Below the pieces are notes generated by a model. That model was not told the origin of the DNA, did no database searches, and saw only the letters and a list, made by a program, of their open reading frames with translations. Positions 17,975 through 27,396 of a stretch of DNA of 64,000 nt are shown piece by piece. The stretch is taken from NCBI GenBank assembly GCA_965220965.1, contig OZ244852.1, positions 2,592,001 to 2,656,000 on the forward strand, written 5' to 3'. This stretch comes from Candidatus Marinacidobacterium sp. (GTDB lineage Bacteria; Acidobacteriota; Vicinamibacteria; Marinacidobacterales; Marinacidobacteraceae). Each line of letters starts with the position of its first letter. The first letter of the stretch is position 1. The translations under genes were made by a program, and so were the position numbers.

Positions 17975-18798
17975 CCGGCGAGCACCTCGCCTTCGTCAAG
18001 ATGTCCGGGGCCGGGAACGACTTCGTCGTCGTGGACCACCGGGCGCCATTCGTCGCCGAGGCGGACAAGCCGGAGCTCGCCCGGCGGCTCTGCCGGCGGC
18101 GCGTCGGAGTCGGTGCGGACGGGCTCATCCTGATCGAGCCGGCGGCCGGGGACGGCGTGGACTTCCGGATGCGCTACTTCAACGCCGACGGGAGCGAAGG
18201 CGAGCTGTGCGGGAACGGAACCCGCTGCGCCGCCGCCTTCGCCCGCGAGATCGGCGCGGCCGGCGACGAGGCGACCATCGCGACTCCGGCGGGGGATATC
18301 GCCGTCGCGATCGTCGGGGCTCCGGCGGATGGAGCCCGCCGCGTCCGGATGACGATGCCCACGCCCGGCCCGGTGCGGCGCTTCGAGCTCGACGGGCTCC
18401 CGGGCGGAATGGGGGAGGTGTTCGCGGTGGATGTCGGCGTTCCCCACGCCGTCGAGGTCGTCTCCGACCTCGACGCGGTCGACATCGACGCCCGGGGGCC
18501 GGCTATCCGGAATCACCCCGCCTTCCCCCGGGGAGCGAACGCGAACTTCATCGCGCTGGACGAGGCGGCGGGGGAGTTGCGGCTCCGAACCTGGGAACGG
18601 GGCGTCGAGGCCGAGACGCTCGCCTGCGGCACCGGCGCCACCGCCGCCTCGGCCGTAGCGCGCCGCGCTCTGGACTGGCCGGCGCGGACCGGCGTTCGCG
18701 TCGCCAGCGGCGACCGGCTCGAGGTGGACCTGTCGACCGACCCTCCCCGGATGGAAGGCCCGGCGATCGTCGTCTACCGGGGTGAGCTGGCGTTGTAG
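17971..18798 (+). CDS. dapF: Diaminopimelate epimerase
   Basis: KMSGAGNDF, GADG, NADGS..ELCGNG, ERG..ETLACGTG. Confidence 0.95.
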   Translation: MTGEHLAFVKMSGAGNDFVVVDHRAPFVAEADKPELARRLCRRRVGVGADGLILIEPAAGDGVDFRMRYFNADGSEGELCGNGTRCAAAFAREIGAAGDEATIATPAGDIAVAIVGAPADGARRVRMTMPTPGPVRRFELDGLPGGMGEVFAVDVGVPHAVEVVSDLDAVDIDARGPAIRNHPAFPRGANANFIALDEAAGELRLRTWERGVEAETLACGTGATAASAVARRALDWPARTGVRVASGDRLEVDLSTDPPRMEGPAIVVYRGELAL

Positions 18799-18802
18799 GC
18801 GC

Positions 18803-20269
18803 TCAGAGGTTGCCGTTCGTCCAGATCTCCAGACCCCGGACGATGCAGTCCTCCATCCACTCCTCGAATCGGTCCTGGATGGCGTCCGGGTCTTCCTGGT
18901 AGTTGACCTGGAACACCTCGTTCGAGAGCGTCGTCACCGGCCCCGTCTCGCGGATGTCGGGATCGGCCTGCAGCCGCTGGAAGAAAAGAGGGCAGCAGGC
19001 GAGCACTCCCCGGAACTCCCGCCCGATTCCGTGGAACGCGAACAGGATCTGGCTCTGGTCGGCGTTATCGATCACGAGCCGCGCCCAGGATCGATAGGAC
19101 TCCAGACCGGCGAAGTAGTCGAGCCGCCGGGCGGCCGAAACGATCTGCTGACGGAAGAAGTGGCTCCGCGGTCCCCGGTCCGCCTCGCTGTCCACGAAGG
19201 TGCGCCACTTCCCCGGGAGGAGCGGCAGGAGTTCGGCTTCCAGTTCCTGTTGCACCCGGCCGAGGCGCTTCGCCGCGAGTTGCCGCACATCGTCGGCCCG
19301 GTCTTTGGCGACGTTCCATTCCTTACGGAGGACTCCCTGCTGGTATTCGAGCTGCTGCCGGGTCGCGCTGATGAAGCTCTCCGCGCGCAGAGCTCGCTCG
19401 ACCTGATGCGATAGCCCGATCGCCCGCACCAGCTCCCGCCGCTGGATCGCGCTGAAGAACCGGACGAGGGGTCTCAGGTCACCTTCGTCGGCCTTCTCCA
19501 AGGTGTCCAGATACTCGCTCCTGGTCGCGCTGCGGACCACCAGCGGAAAGCGGCCCGCCTTGAGCATCACGAGCGTTGCGAGCGCGCGGGCGATCCGGCC
19601 GTTCCCGTCCTGGAACGGATGGATCTGGGTGAAGCGGTGGTGCAGCCACGCGGCCTCGACTTCGGGCGCAACGCCCTCGTGGCTCTGGTGGAGCTCGATC
19701 AGGCGGTCCATTTCGGAAGTGACCTGCTCGGGAGGGCAGTACTGGTGGACCCGGCCATCCCGTCCGGTCGGATTGTTGGGGCGCAGCTTCCAGTCGCCGT
19801 GAAGGAGCGGAATCCGGACCCTCCTGCCCGCCGGGTCCCTCCCCTCGGCATGGAGCTGGTTCCGGGTCATGAGCTGGTGCAGTTCCTTGATGTAACTGGT
19901 CGAGAGCGGGCGCTCCTCCTTGATGAAGTCGAAGAGGAATTCGATGGCGGCCTCGTGATCCCGGATCATCGAGGCGACGGCCTCCGGACTCTCGCCGGAC
20001 CCGCGGGGGATGAGCGAGGAATCGATCCCGCGCTCGATGAGGAGTTCCGTGATTTCCGGATCGAACGCGTAGACCCGTTCGATGAGTCCGGTCTCGATGG
20101 CCCACTCCCGGCGCAGCCTCCGGTGGAACTCCGCGAGCGGATCCGGGGGCGCGAGCGGCTCGAGGTCGCTGGCCCAGATGCGCGCCAGAACCGCCACCTC
20201 ACCCCCGGCCAGCGCGGTCGGATCTGACTCGTAGTCCCGGATCGGCGCCCAGCGGCGCGCGGTCCCCAT
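18803..20269 (-). CDS. Fic domain protein
   Basis: Canonical HPFQDGNGRIAR motif. Confidence 0.92.
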   Translation of the reverse strand: MGTARRWAPIRDYESDPTALAGGEVAVLARIWASDLEPLAPPDPLAEFHRRLRREWAIETGLIERVYAFDPEITELLIERGIDSSLIPRGSGESPEAVASMIRDHEAAIEFLFDFIKEERPLSTSYIKELHQLMTRNQLHAEGRDPAGRRVRIPLLHGDWKLRPNNPTGRDGRVHQYCPPEQVTSEMDRLIELHQSHEGVAPEVEAAWLHHRFTQIHPFQDGNGRIARALATLVMLKAGRFPLVVRSATRSEYLDTLEKADEGDLRPLVRFFSAIQRRELVRAIGLSHQVERALRAESFISATRQQLEYQQGVLRKEWNVAKDRADDVRQLAAKRLGRVQQELEAELLPLLPGKWRTFVDSEADRGPRSHFFRQQIVSAARRLDYFAGLESYRSWARLVIDNADQSQILFAFHGIGREFRGVLACCPLFFQRLQADPDIRETGPVTTLSNEVFQVNYQEDPDAIQDRFEEWMEDCIVRGLEIWTNGNL

Positions 20270-20303
20270 CAGGTCGCTCTGTTGGTTCCGCGCTCCCGGG
20301 GTC

Positions 20304-21344
20304 CTACCCGCAGGCGCGTCGGAGGATGTCGAGGCCGCCGGGGACCGGGGCGCCGCTCTCGTTCACCGGCGGGGCGGCGATGAGCGTCGTCACTCCGGCC
20401 TCCCGGTAGGCCGCCATCCGCTCCGCGATCCGCGCGGGCGGGCCGAGCAGCGAGAGCTCGTCCACCAGCGCGTCGGGCACGGCGGCCGCGGCTTCGTTCT
20501 TCTTCCCGTCGAGGTAGAGCTCCTGGATCGTCCGCGCGGCGTCCTGGTAGCCGTAGCGCCGCGCCAGGTCGTTGTAGAAGTTCTTCTTCCGCGCGCCCAT
20601 GCCCCCCACGTAGAGCGCGATCTCGGGACGCAGTTCGTCGCGGAGCCGCGGCAGGTCCTCGCCGACGGCGGTGTTCACCATGGGGGCGACCTCGAGCGGC
20701 GCCGGACGGGTCCGGCGGGCCGCGCCGGCCGCGAGCGACGGACCCCAGATGTTTGCGGCTTTCTCCGGTGAGTAGAGGAAGGGAAGCCATCCATCCGCCG
20801 CTTCGCCCGCGAGTTCGGTGTTCTTCGGTCCGATGGTCGCGAGCCAGATCGGGACGTCCCGCCGCGGGGGGCGGAGCATGATCCGGAGCGGCTTCCCGAG
20901 CCCGGTTCCGCCTTCGAGCGGCAGCCGCACGGTGTCCCCCGCGTAGGTCAGCGGGGCCTCCCGCCGGAGCGCTCCGCGGATTACTTCCACCGTCTCGCGG
21001 GTTCGCGTCACCGGCCGGGCGAACGGAACGCCGTGCCACCCCTCCATGACCTGGGGCCCCGACACCCCGAGGCCGAGGATCAGCCGCCCGCCGCTCAGGA
21101 GGTCCAGCGTCGCCGCCGTCTGCGCGAGGAGCGCCGGCGTCCGCGATCCGATCGGCAGGATCGCCGTTCCGAGGTTCACCCGCCGGGTCTTCGCGCCGAT
21201 CCACGCCAGCAGACTCACGCCGTCGGAACCCCAGGCCTCCGAAACCCACACCGAATCGAATCCGGCCGCCTCCGCCTCCCCCGCCAGCGCGACCGGGTCG
21301 GGGGAGCCGGCGGTCAGGTAGCCGAGTTCCAGCCCCAGCTTCAC
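20304..21344 (-). CDS. LLM-class (probably F420-dependent) oxidoreductase
   Basis: GFDSVWVSEAWGSD, LSGGRLILGLGVSGPQVMEGWHG, ALYVGGMGA..KNFY. Confidence 0.88.
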   Translation of the reverse strand: MKLGLELGYLTAGSPDPVALAGEAEAAGFDSVWVSEAWGSDGVSLLAWIGAKTRRVNLGTAILPIGSRTPALLAQTAATLDLLSGGRLILGLGVSGPQVMEGWHGVPFARPVTRTRETVEVIRGALRREAPLTYAGDTVRLPLEGGTGLGKPLRIMLRPPRRDVPIWLATIGPKNTELAGEAADGWLPFLYSPEKAANIWGPSLAAGAARRTRPAPLEVAPMVNTAVGEDLPRLRDELRPEIALYVGGMGARKKNFYNDLARRYGYQDAARTIQELYLDGKKNEAAAAVPDALVDELSLLGPPARIAERMAAYREAGVTTLIAAPPVNESGAPVPGGLDILRRACG

Positions 21345-21856
21345 GGCGTCTCCGTGCTCCCTCCGCCGGCGCCCGCCGCGCTGTCCTGGAGCCACCGGAC
21401 CAGCGCCTTTTGCGGGTCGGCGAGCTCGGCGACCGAGGCGTACCAGGAGGCTTCCCACCCCTCGAGCGGCAGCCCGGTGAACAGCATCAGGTTGAGCGGG
21501 TAGTTCTGCGAGTCGGTGCAGCGGCGGAAGTCGTCGCGGAACAGGAAGGTCGGCTTGCCCCACGCGATCGCCATCCCGAGCTCGACCATGACCCCCTCGT
21601 CGGGAGGGCAGCCGTTCACCACGCCGAAGAAGCCATCGGACTCGCGAACGTCCCGGAGGTCGGCCTGCCCGACCCGCCAGGCCCAGTCGGGCGCCGAGAG
21701 GTCGACCTGGTTGTTCCGGGCGAACGGCTCCCAGACTTCGGCGCCCAGCGCCTCGAGCGCTTCGATGAGCTCCTCGAGCGGGCCCTTTCGTTGCTGCGCG
21801 GAGAAGCCGTAGGGGTTCGCCAGATAAAGGGTCTTGCGTTTCGTCGGGGGTGTCAT
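21341..21856 (-). CDS. Nucleoside 2-deoxyribosyltransferase family protein
   Basis: YLANP.GFS, WEPF, PDEGVMVELGMAIAWGKP. Confidence 0.85.
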   Translation of the reverse strand: MTPPTKRKTLYLANPYGFSAQQRKGPLEELIEALEALGAEVWEPFARNNQVDLSAPDWAWRVGQADLRDVRESDGFFGVVNGCPPDEGVMVELGMAIAWGKPTFLFRDDFRRCTDSQNYPLNLMLFTGLPLEGWEASWYASVAELADPQKALVRWLQDSAAGAGGGSTETP

Positions 21857-22659
21857 CGGGTCGCCTTCCTCCTGGTTCGGCGGCGCGGAGCCGGCGGTTC
21901 GTCCCCCGGGTCCACGCCGATCCGGGGGCAGATGGTCTCCAGCGAGCACTCGCGGCAGCGGGGGCTGCGGGCCGCGCAGACCGCCCGGCCGTGGAGGATG
22001 ACCCGGTGGGAGAAGTGGGTCCACTCCCGCCGGGGCAGGAGCTCCATGAGTCGCTGCTCGGTGCGGACCGGATTCGCCTTGGGGGCGAGCCCCAGCCGAT
22101 GCGCGATCCGGAACACGTGGGTGTCCACCACGACGCCTTCGTTCCTGCCGAACCACGTGCCGAGAACCACGTTGGCCGTCTTCCTCGCCACCCCGGGCAG
22201 CGTGAGGAGTTCCTCCATCGTGTCCGGAACTTCGCCGCCGAAGTCGTCCCGGAGGCGCTGGGCGGCCCCCAGGATCGAGCGCGTCTTGTTCCGGAAGAAC
22301 CCGGTGGAGTGGATCATCGCCTCGAGGTCGTCCGGGTCGGCGTCCGCCAGGTCGGCGACCGTCGGGTAGCGGGCGAAGAGCGCCGGAGTCACCTGGTTGA
22401 CCCGGCGGTCGGTGCACTGGGCCGAGAGGATCGTGGCGATCAGGAGCTGGAGCGCCGAGTCGTGGGTCAGCGCGCAATCCGCGCCGGGATACTCCTTCGC
22501 CAGCGCGCGGACGATCCGCCCCGCCCGCCGCCGCAGCGCCCGCTCTTCGGGCGAGAGCGGCGTCTTCGCCCGCGCCGCGACCTTCCGGCCCGTCTTCTTG
22601 CGGGCGGCCCGTTTGCGCCCGGTCCGCCCGGCCCCCGGCGGATCCCCGGGAGCGGGCAC
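21853..22659 (-). CDS. nth: Endonuclease III
   Basis: LIATILSAQCTD, HhH LPGVARKTAN, VDTHV, Fe-S motif C-x6-C-x2-C-x5-C; start uncertain. Confidence 0.93.
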   Translation of the reverse strand: MPAPGDPPGAGRTGRKRAARKKTGRKVAARAKTPLSPEERALRRRAGRIVRALAKEYPGADCALTHDSALQLLIATILSAQCTDRRVNQVTPALFARYPTVADLADADPDDLEAMIHSTGFFRNKTRSILGAAQRLRDDFGGEVPDTMEELLTLPGVARKTANVVLGTWFGRNEGVVVDTHVFRIAHRLGLAPKANPVRTEQRLMELLPRREWTHFSHRVILHGRAVCAARSPRCRECSLETICPRIGVDPGDEPPAPRRRTRRKATR

Positions 22660-22670
22660 GACCGGACCGG

Positions 22671-23450
22671 TCAGACGAGCGGCGCGTCCGCGGGAGGGGA
22701 AGACGCGGTGGCGTAGCGGCGGCGGGGCATCCGTCCGGCGAGCCACGAGAGGCGCCCGGCTTCGCAGGCATGCCGCATGGCGCGCGCCATCCGGAGCGGA
22801 TCGCTGGCGGCCGCCACCGCGGTGTTGAGCAGCACCCCGTCGGCCCCCAGCTCCATGGCCACCGCCACATCGGACGCTTGGCCGACGCCGGCGTCCACGA
22901 TCACCGGGACGGACACCGCCTCCCGGATCAGCGCGATGTTGTTCCGGTTCTGGATCCCGAGTCCGGAGCCGATGGGGGCGCCGAGCGGCATGACGGCGGC
23001 GGCGCCGGCGTCCTCGAGCTTCTTCGCCATGACCACATCGTCGTTCGTGTAGGGCAGCACGATGAAGCCCTCGGCGACCAGCTCCCGGGTCGCGGCGAGG
23101 AGTTCCTCGTTGTCGGGAAACAGCGTCCGCCGGTCGCCGATGACCTCCAGCTTGATCCACTCGGAGAGCCCGGCCTCGCGGGCGAGGCGGGCCGTTCGCA
23201 CCGCCTCGGCGGCGTTGAAGCAGTCCGCGGTGTTCGGGAGCAGCGCGTAGCGGTCGCGGGGGATGTAATCCAGCAGCGTCTCGGCGGCCTCGAGGTCCAC
23301 GCGCCGCACCGCGACCGTGACCATCTCGCACCCGGAGGCTTCGTGGCAGTCCCGCATGACTCCGAACGAGGAGTACTTCCCGGTCCCCAGGATGAGCCGG
23401 GAACCGAAGCTCCGGCCTCCCAGCAGAAACGGATCCTGCGCCCCGGTCAT
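22671..23450 (-). CDS. thiG: Thiazole synthase
   Basis: [36 protein letters not shown]. Confidence 0.96.
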   Translation of the reverse strand: MTGAQDPFLLGGRSFGSRLILGTGKYSSFGVMRDCHEASGCEMVTVAVRRVDLEAAETLLDYIPRDRYALLPNTADCFNAAEAVRTARLAREAGLSEWIKLEVIGDRRTLFPDNEELLAATRELVAEGFIVLPYTNDDVVMAKKLEDAGAAAVMPLGAPIGSGLGIQNRNNIALIREAVSVPVIVDAGVGQASDVAVAMELGADGVLLNTAVAAASDPLRMARAMRHACEAGRLSWLAGRMPRRRYATASSPPADAPLV

Positions 23451-23454
23451 GGCG

Positions 23455-23703
23455 TCATCCACCCCCCACGAACGTGACGATCTCGAGTCGGTCGCCGGCG
23501 CGGACTTCGGTCTCGGCGTGCCTCGCCCGCCGCACCAGCCGCCCGTTCACCTCGACCGCCACCGGCTTGTCGTCGAGACCCAGATCGGCGAGCGCCCCCC
23601 GGACCGAAGCCGGGTGAGGGAGGGGCCGCTCGCGCCCGTTCACGATCAGCACTTCGGGGCGCGGCGCCCCCGGTGGATCCACGGCGCGCGGCGCTTCCGA
23701 CAT
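23455..23703 (-). CDS. thiS: Sulfur carrier protein ThiS
   Basis: VNG...AVEVNG...[14 protein letters not shown]-terminus, directly upstream of thiG. Confidence 0.93.
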   Translation of the reverse strand: MSEAPRAVDPPGAPRPEVLIVNGRERPLPHPASVRGALADLGLDDKPVAVEVNGRLVRRARHAETEVRAGDRLEIVTFVGGG

Positions 23704-23815
23704 CTTGTGTTTCCCGCCCGGAAGCCTACCCGGCCGCCGGGCTGACGAGAGGCGTGACCGGCAGGTTCGGCGGCTACCCTTGGCGCTTCCGCGCTCGTCC
23801 TCCCCCGAGCCCTCG

Positions 23816-25258
23816 ATGATGGCCCCCGCCACCCCCCCGGTACGGATCCCCGCCGTCGGGCGTCTGCTCGAAACCGGACCATTCCGGGAGCTCGCCGAAC
23901 GGTTCGGGAGGGAGCTCGTCACCGCCGCGCTCCGCCGTGAGGTCGCCGAGGTCCGGCGCGCCCTCCGCGCCGACGCCGGCCCTCCAGGTTTCGAGGGCGA
24001 TCCGGCCGCCTGGCTTTGCGGGTCGGTCGAGTTGCGCCTCGCCCGGTGGCGGGGGCCGCGGCTGCGCCGGGTGGTGAACGCCACCGGCGTCGTGGTGCAT
24101 ACCAACCTCGGACGCGCGGTCCTCGCCCCGCCCGCCGCGCAGGCGGTTTTTCGCGCGGCGAGCGGTCACGCCGACCTCGAGTTCGACCTGGAGACGGGCG
24201 CCCGGGGCAGCCGTCAGGACCATCTCAGCGGCCTCCTCGAGGCGATGTTCGGGGTCCCCGCCGCCCTCGTGGTGAACAACGCCGCCGGGGCGGTGCTGCT
24301 CGCGCTCGATTCGCTGGCCTCGGGAAAGGAGGTCGTGGTCTCGCGCGGCGAGCTCGTCGAGATCGGAGGGTCCTTCCGGGTGCCCGACGTTCTCGAAAAG
24401 AGCGGGGCGCGACTGCGGGAAGTCGGGACGACGAACCGGACGCGCGCCTCCGATTACCGCCGGGCGCTCGAGGCGGGCGGGGGCCGGGTCGGCGCCCTCC
24501 TCCGGGTCCATCAGTCGAACTTCCGCATCGTGGGTTTCACCGAAGCGGCGCGCACCCGGGAGCTCGTCGCCCTCGGCCGGGAGTTCGGGGTCCCGGTGAT
24601 CGAGGATTTCGGAAGCGGCAACCTGCTTCCCCTCGCGGACCACGGCGTCCGGGTGGGGGAAGACGAGCCGACCGTGCCCGACCGGGTGGCGGCGGGAGCG
24701 GACCTGCTCGTCTTTTCCGGCGACAAGCTGCTCGGCGGGCCGCAGGCCGGGATCCTGCTCGGCTCGGAGGAAGCGGTGGCCGCCTGCCGCGGGAATCCGC
24801 TGGCCCGGGCGCTCCGCGCCGACAAGACGGTGATCGCCGGGCTCCAGACAACGCTCTATCTGCATGCATCCGGGCGCTCCGGGGAGATCCCGGTGGTCCG
24901 GGCGATCACCCGGCCGCTCGCCGACATCCGGCGGGCCGTCAACGAGTTGCGGGAAGCGCTGACCGCGGTCGCCGCGCCCGGCTGGGATCTCGAAGCCGTT
25001 TCGGCGAGTTCCCGGATCGGCGGCGGCGCCGCCCCCGGAGCGGAGCTCCCGACATGGTGTCTCGGGATCTCCCACGCCCGTGAGGCGCCCGACCGGCTCC
25101 GCTCCCGGTTGCTCGCCGGCGAGCCGCCGGTCGTCACCCGGATCGTGGAGGGGCGGATCCTGCTCGATCTGCGAACCGTTCCCGGGGACGACATGCCCGA
25201 ACTCACCGATGCGCTCACCGCTATCGTGACCCGGAATCCGGAGGCACGGCGCGGGTAG
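23816..25258 (+). CDS. selA: L-seryl-tRNA(Sec) selenium transferase
   Basis: NATGVVVHTNLGRA, SRGELVEIGGSFR, EVGTTNRT, FSGDKLLGGPQAG. Confidence 0.96.
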   Translation: MMAPATPPVRIPAVGRLLETGPFRELAERFGRELVTAALRREVAEVRRALRADAGPPGFEGDPAAWLCGSVELRLARWRGPRLRRVVNATGVVVHTNLGRAVLAPPAAQAVFRAASGHADLEFDLETGARGSRQDHLSGLLEAMFGVPAALVVNNAAGAVLLALDSLASGKEVVVSRGELVEIGGSFRVPDVLEKSGARLREVGTTNRTRASDYRRALEAGGGRVGALLRVHQSNFRIVGFTEAARTRELVALGREFGVPVIEDFGSGNLLPLADHGVRVGEDEPTVPDRVAAGADLLVFSGDKLLGGPQAGILLGSEEAVAACRGNPLARALRADKTVIAGLQTTLYLHASGRSGEIPVVRAITRPLADIRRAVNELREALTAVAAPGWDLEAVSASSRIGGGAAPGAELPTWCLGISHAREAPDRLRSRLLAGEPPVVTRIVEGRILLDLRTVPGDDMPELTDALTAIVTRNPEARRG

Positions 25259-25273
25259 GATCCCCGCCCCTCG

Positions 25274-26860
25274 ATGACGACGGACTCCCACGACAAGCCG
25301 CGGGCGCTGCTCAGTGTCAGCCGCAAGGACGGACTCGCCGACTTTGCGCGAGGCCTGGTGGAGCGCGGGTTCGAGATCGTCGCGAGCGGCGGCACCGCCC
25401 GCGCGCTGCGCGACGCCGGGATCCCGGTGCTCGGGGTTTCCGACGTCACCGGCCACCCCGAGGTCCTCGACGGCCGGGTGAAGACGCTCCACCCGGCGAT
25501 CCACGCCGGGGTCCTCGCGCGACCGTCGCGCCCGGACGACCTCGCGTCGCTCGACGCGCTCGGGATCCGGCGGATTTCGGTCGTGGCGGTCTACTTCTAC
25601 CCGTTCGAGCAGACCCTCGCCCGCGGCGCCCCGGAGGACGAAATCCTCGAGAACATCGACATCGGCGGGCCGTGTCTGGTGCGGGCCGCCGCCAAGAACT
25701 GGCCGGGAGTCACCGTGGTGGTGGACCCGGCGGAGTACCCGGCGGTCCTCGCGTCGCTCGACGATCCGGACGCCGCCGCCGGGCGCGCCTTCCGTCGTCG
25801 GCTGGCGGGGAGGGCGTTCGCCGCGACCTCCGCCTACGAGAACGCCATCGCCGGGTGGTTCGCTTCGCTCGAAGCTCCGGAGGACGGGGCCCGCTTTCCC
25901 GAGCGGCTCGAGCTGTCCTTCGCCCGGGTCGCCTCGCTGCGCTACGGCGAAAACCCCCACCAGGCGGCGGCGCTTTATCGCGACTCCGGCCCCGGAGCCC
26001 CCGCGGGCCGCCAGCTCCAGGGCAAGGAGCTCTCCTACAACAACATCCTGGATCTGGACGCCGCCATCCGCTGCGCCGCCGACCTCGCGACCCTTCCGGC
26101 GGGGCGGTCGGGAGCGGCCGCGGTCGTGATCAAGCACTCGAACCCGGCCGGCGCCGCGATCGCGGATACGCCGGTCTCGGCCTACGTCGCGGCGCGCGCC
26201 ACCGACCCGACTTCGGCCTTCGGCGGGATCGTCGCGCTGACTCGCGAAGTGGACCTCGATGCGGCGAAGGAGTTGGCCTCGACGTTCCTCGAAGCGATCG
26301 CGGCGCCCGGTTTCACCGAAGGCGCCAGAAAGCGTCTGCGGCGCAAGAAGAACCTCCGTCTCCTCGAAGTGGACGGCCTCGGGGACCCCGAGGGGCTCGC
26401 TCCGACAGGCCGCTACTACGCCCGGGTGGCGGGCGGCCTGCTCGCGCAGGACTGGGACGCCGGCGACGACGAGGACGCCTGGCGGGTCGTCAGCCGGGTC
26501 GAGCCCGATCCGGAGCAGCGGGACGGACTTCGATTCGCCTGGCGCGCCGCGAAGCACGTCAAGTCGAACGCGATCGTGGTGGCCCGCGGGAACGCCCTGC
26601 TCGGCGTCGGGGCCGGGCAGATGAGCCGGCTCGACTCCTGCCGGCTCGCGATCGGAAAAGCGGAGAGCTCGGTTCAGGGCGCGGTCGCCGCTTCGGACGC
26701 CTTCTTTCCCTTCGCGGACGGCCTCGAAACGCTGGGTGACGCCGGGGTGGCCGCCGTGATCCAGCCGGGAGGCTCCGTCCGGGACTCCGAGGTGATCGAG
26801 GCCGCCGACGCCCGCGGCATGGCGCTGGTCCTCACCGGAGCCCGCCACTTCCGCCACTGA
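25274..26860 (+). CDS. purH: Bifunctional AICAR formyltransferase / IMP cyclohydrolase
   Basis: [42 protein letters not shown]. Confidence 0.97.
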   Translation: MTTDSHDKPRALLSVSRKDGLADFARGLVERGFEIVASGGTARALRDAGIPVLGVSDVTGHPEVLDGRVKTLHPAIHAGVLARPSRPDDLASLDALGIRRISVVAVYFYPFEQTLARGAPEDEILENIDIGGPCLVRAAAKNWPGVTVVVDPAEYPAVLASLDDPDAAAGRAFRRRLAGRAFAATSAYENAIAGWFASLEAPEDGARFPERLELSFARVASLRYGENPHQAAALYRDSGPGAPAGRQLQGKELSYNNILDLDAAIRCAADLATLPAGRSGAAAVVIKHSNPAGAAIADTPVSAYVAARATDPTSAFGGIVALTREVDLDAAKELASTFLEAIAAPGFTEGARKRLRRKKNLRLLEVDGLGDPEGLAPTGRYYARVAGGLLAQDWDAGDDEDAWRVVSRVEPDPEQRDGLRFAWRAAKHVKSNAIVVARGNALLGVGAGQMSRLDSCRLAIGKAESSVQGAVAASDAFFPFADGLETLGDAGVAAVIQPGGSVRDSEVIEAADARGMALVLTGARHFRH

Positions 26861-26868
26861 GGAATCAC

Positions 26869-27338
26869 GCGCTGCGCGCGAGGGGCCGGCTTGGCCACCC
26901 TCGGCGAAGTGATCACGCCGCTGCTCGCGGCCCCTCGCGCGCAGCGCCTGGCCCTCCGGGCCAGGAATCGAAAACTGCGCTTCGCGCGAGTTTCCGATTC
27001 GACGGATCCAATTTCGGGAGGGGGACACCCCCTCCCGGGCCCTCCCCCGGGGGAGGGGCGCTGTCGGTGGCAGAGCCGGACCATTCGCCGTCTCGTCCGG
27101 TCGGGCGACATCACGGCGGCGAGGGGCCGGCCTGGCCACCTTCGGCGAAGTGATCGCGCCGCTGCTCGCGGCCCCTCACGCGCAGCGCCTGGCCCTCCGG
27201 GCCAGGAATCGAAAACGGCGCCTCGCGCGAGTTTCCGATTCGACGGATCCATTTTCGGGAGGGGGACCCTCCCCCCTCCCCCGGGGGCCAGGAATCGAAG
27301 ACTGCGCTTCGCGCGAGTTTCCGATTCACACGGATCCA
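26869..27338. repeat. Tandem multi-hairpin repeat (REP/MITE-like): two ~155-bp copies plus a third 54-bp partial copy
   Basis: Copies start at about 26878 and 27119 (241-bp offset); core GGGCCAGGAATCGAA.AC.GCGC.TCGCGCGAGTTTCCGATTC at 26958, 27199 and 27285; perfect 20-bp inverted repeat 26869-26888/26928-26947. Confidence 0.88.
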
Positions 27339-27383
27339 GGTGCGGGATGACGGAGCGAAATCTCCGGCTCCGCTTCGCGCTCC

Positions 27384-27389
27384 TATAAT
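27384..27389 (+). promoter_or_regulatory. -10 box (TATAAT) of probable leaderless transcript
   Basis: Perfect TATAAT 7 nt before ATG 27397 in very GC-rich DNA; no SD. Confidence 0.55.
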
Positions 27390-27396
27390 TTCGTAG

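Noticed and set aside
23704-23815. TPP riboswitch upstream of thiS, or hammerhead core CTGACGA
   Set aside because: No CTGAGA/ACCTGA TPP signature on the minus strand and no matching GAAA or stems for a hammerhead
26958-27338. Possible CRISPR array (three repeat copies)
   Set aside because: Repeat is over 50 bp, intervals are very unequal (241 and 86 bp), the intervening DNA is itself repeated, and no cas genes are present
26891-27388. 165-aa ORF with internally repeated peptide
   Set aside because: The peptide repeats just mirror the palindromic DNA repeat; no RBS and no protein-like composition
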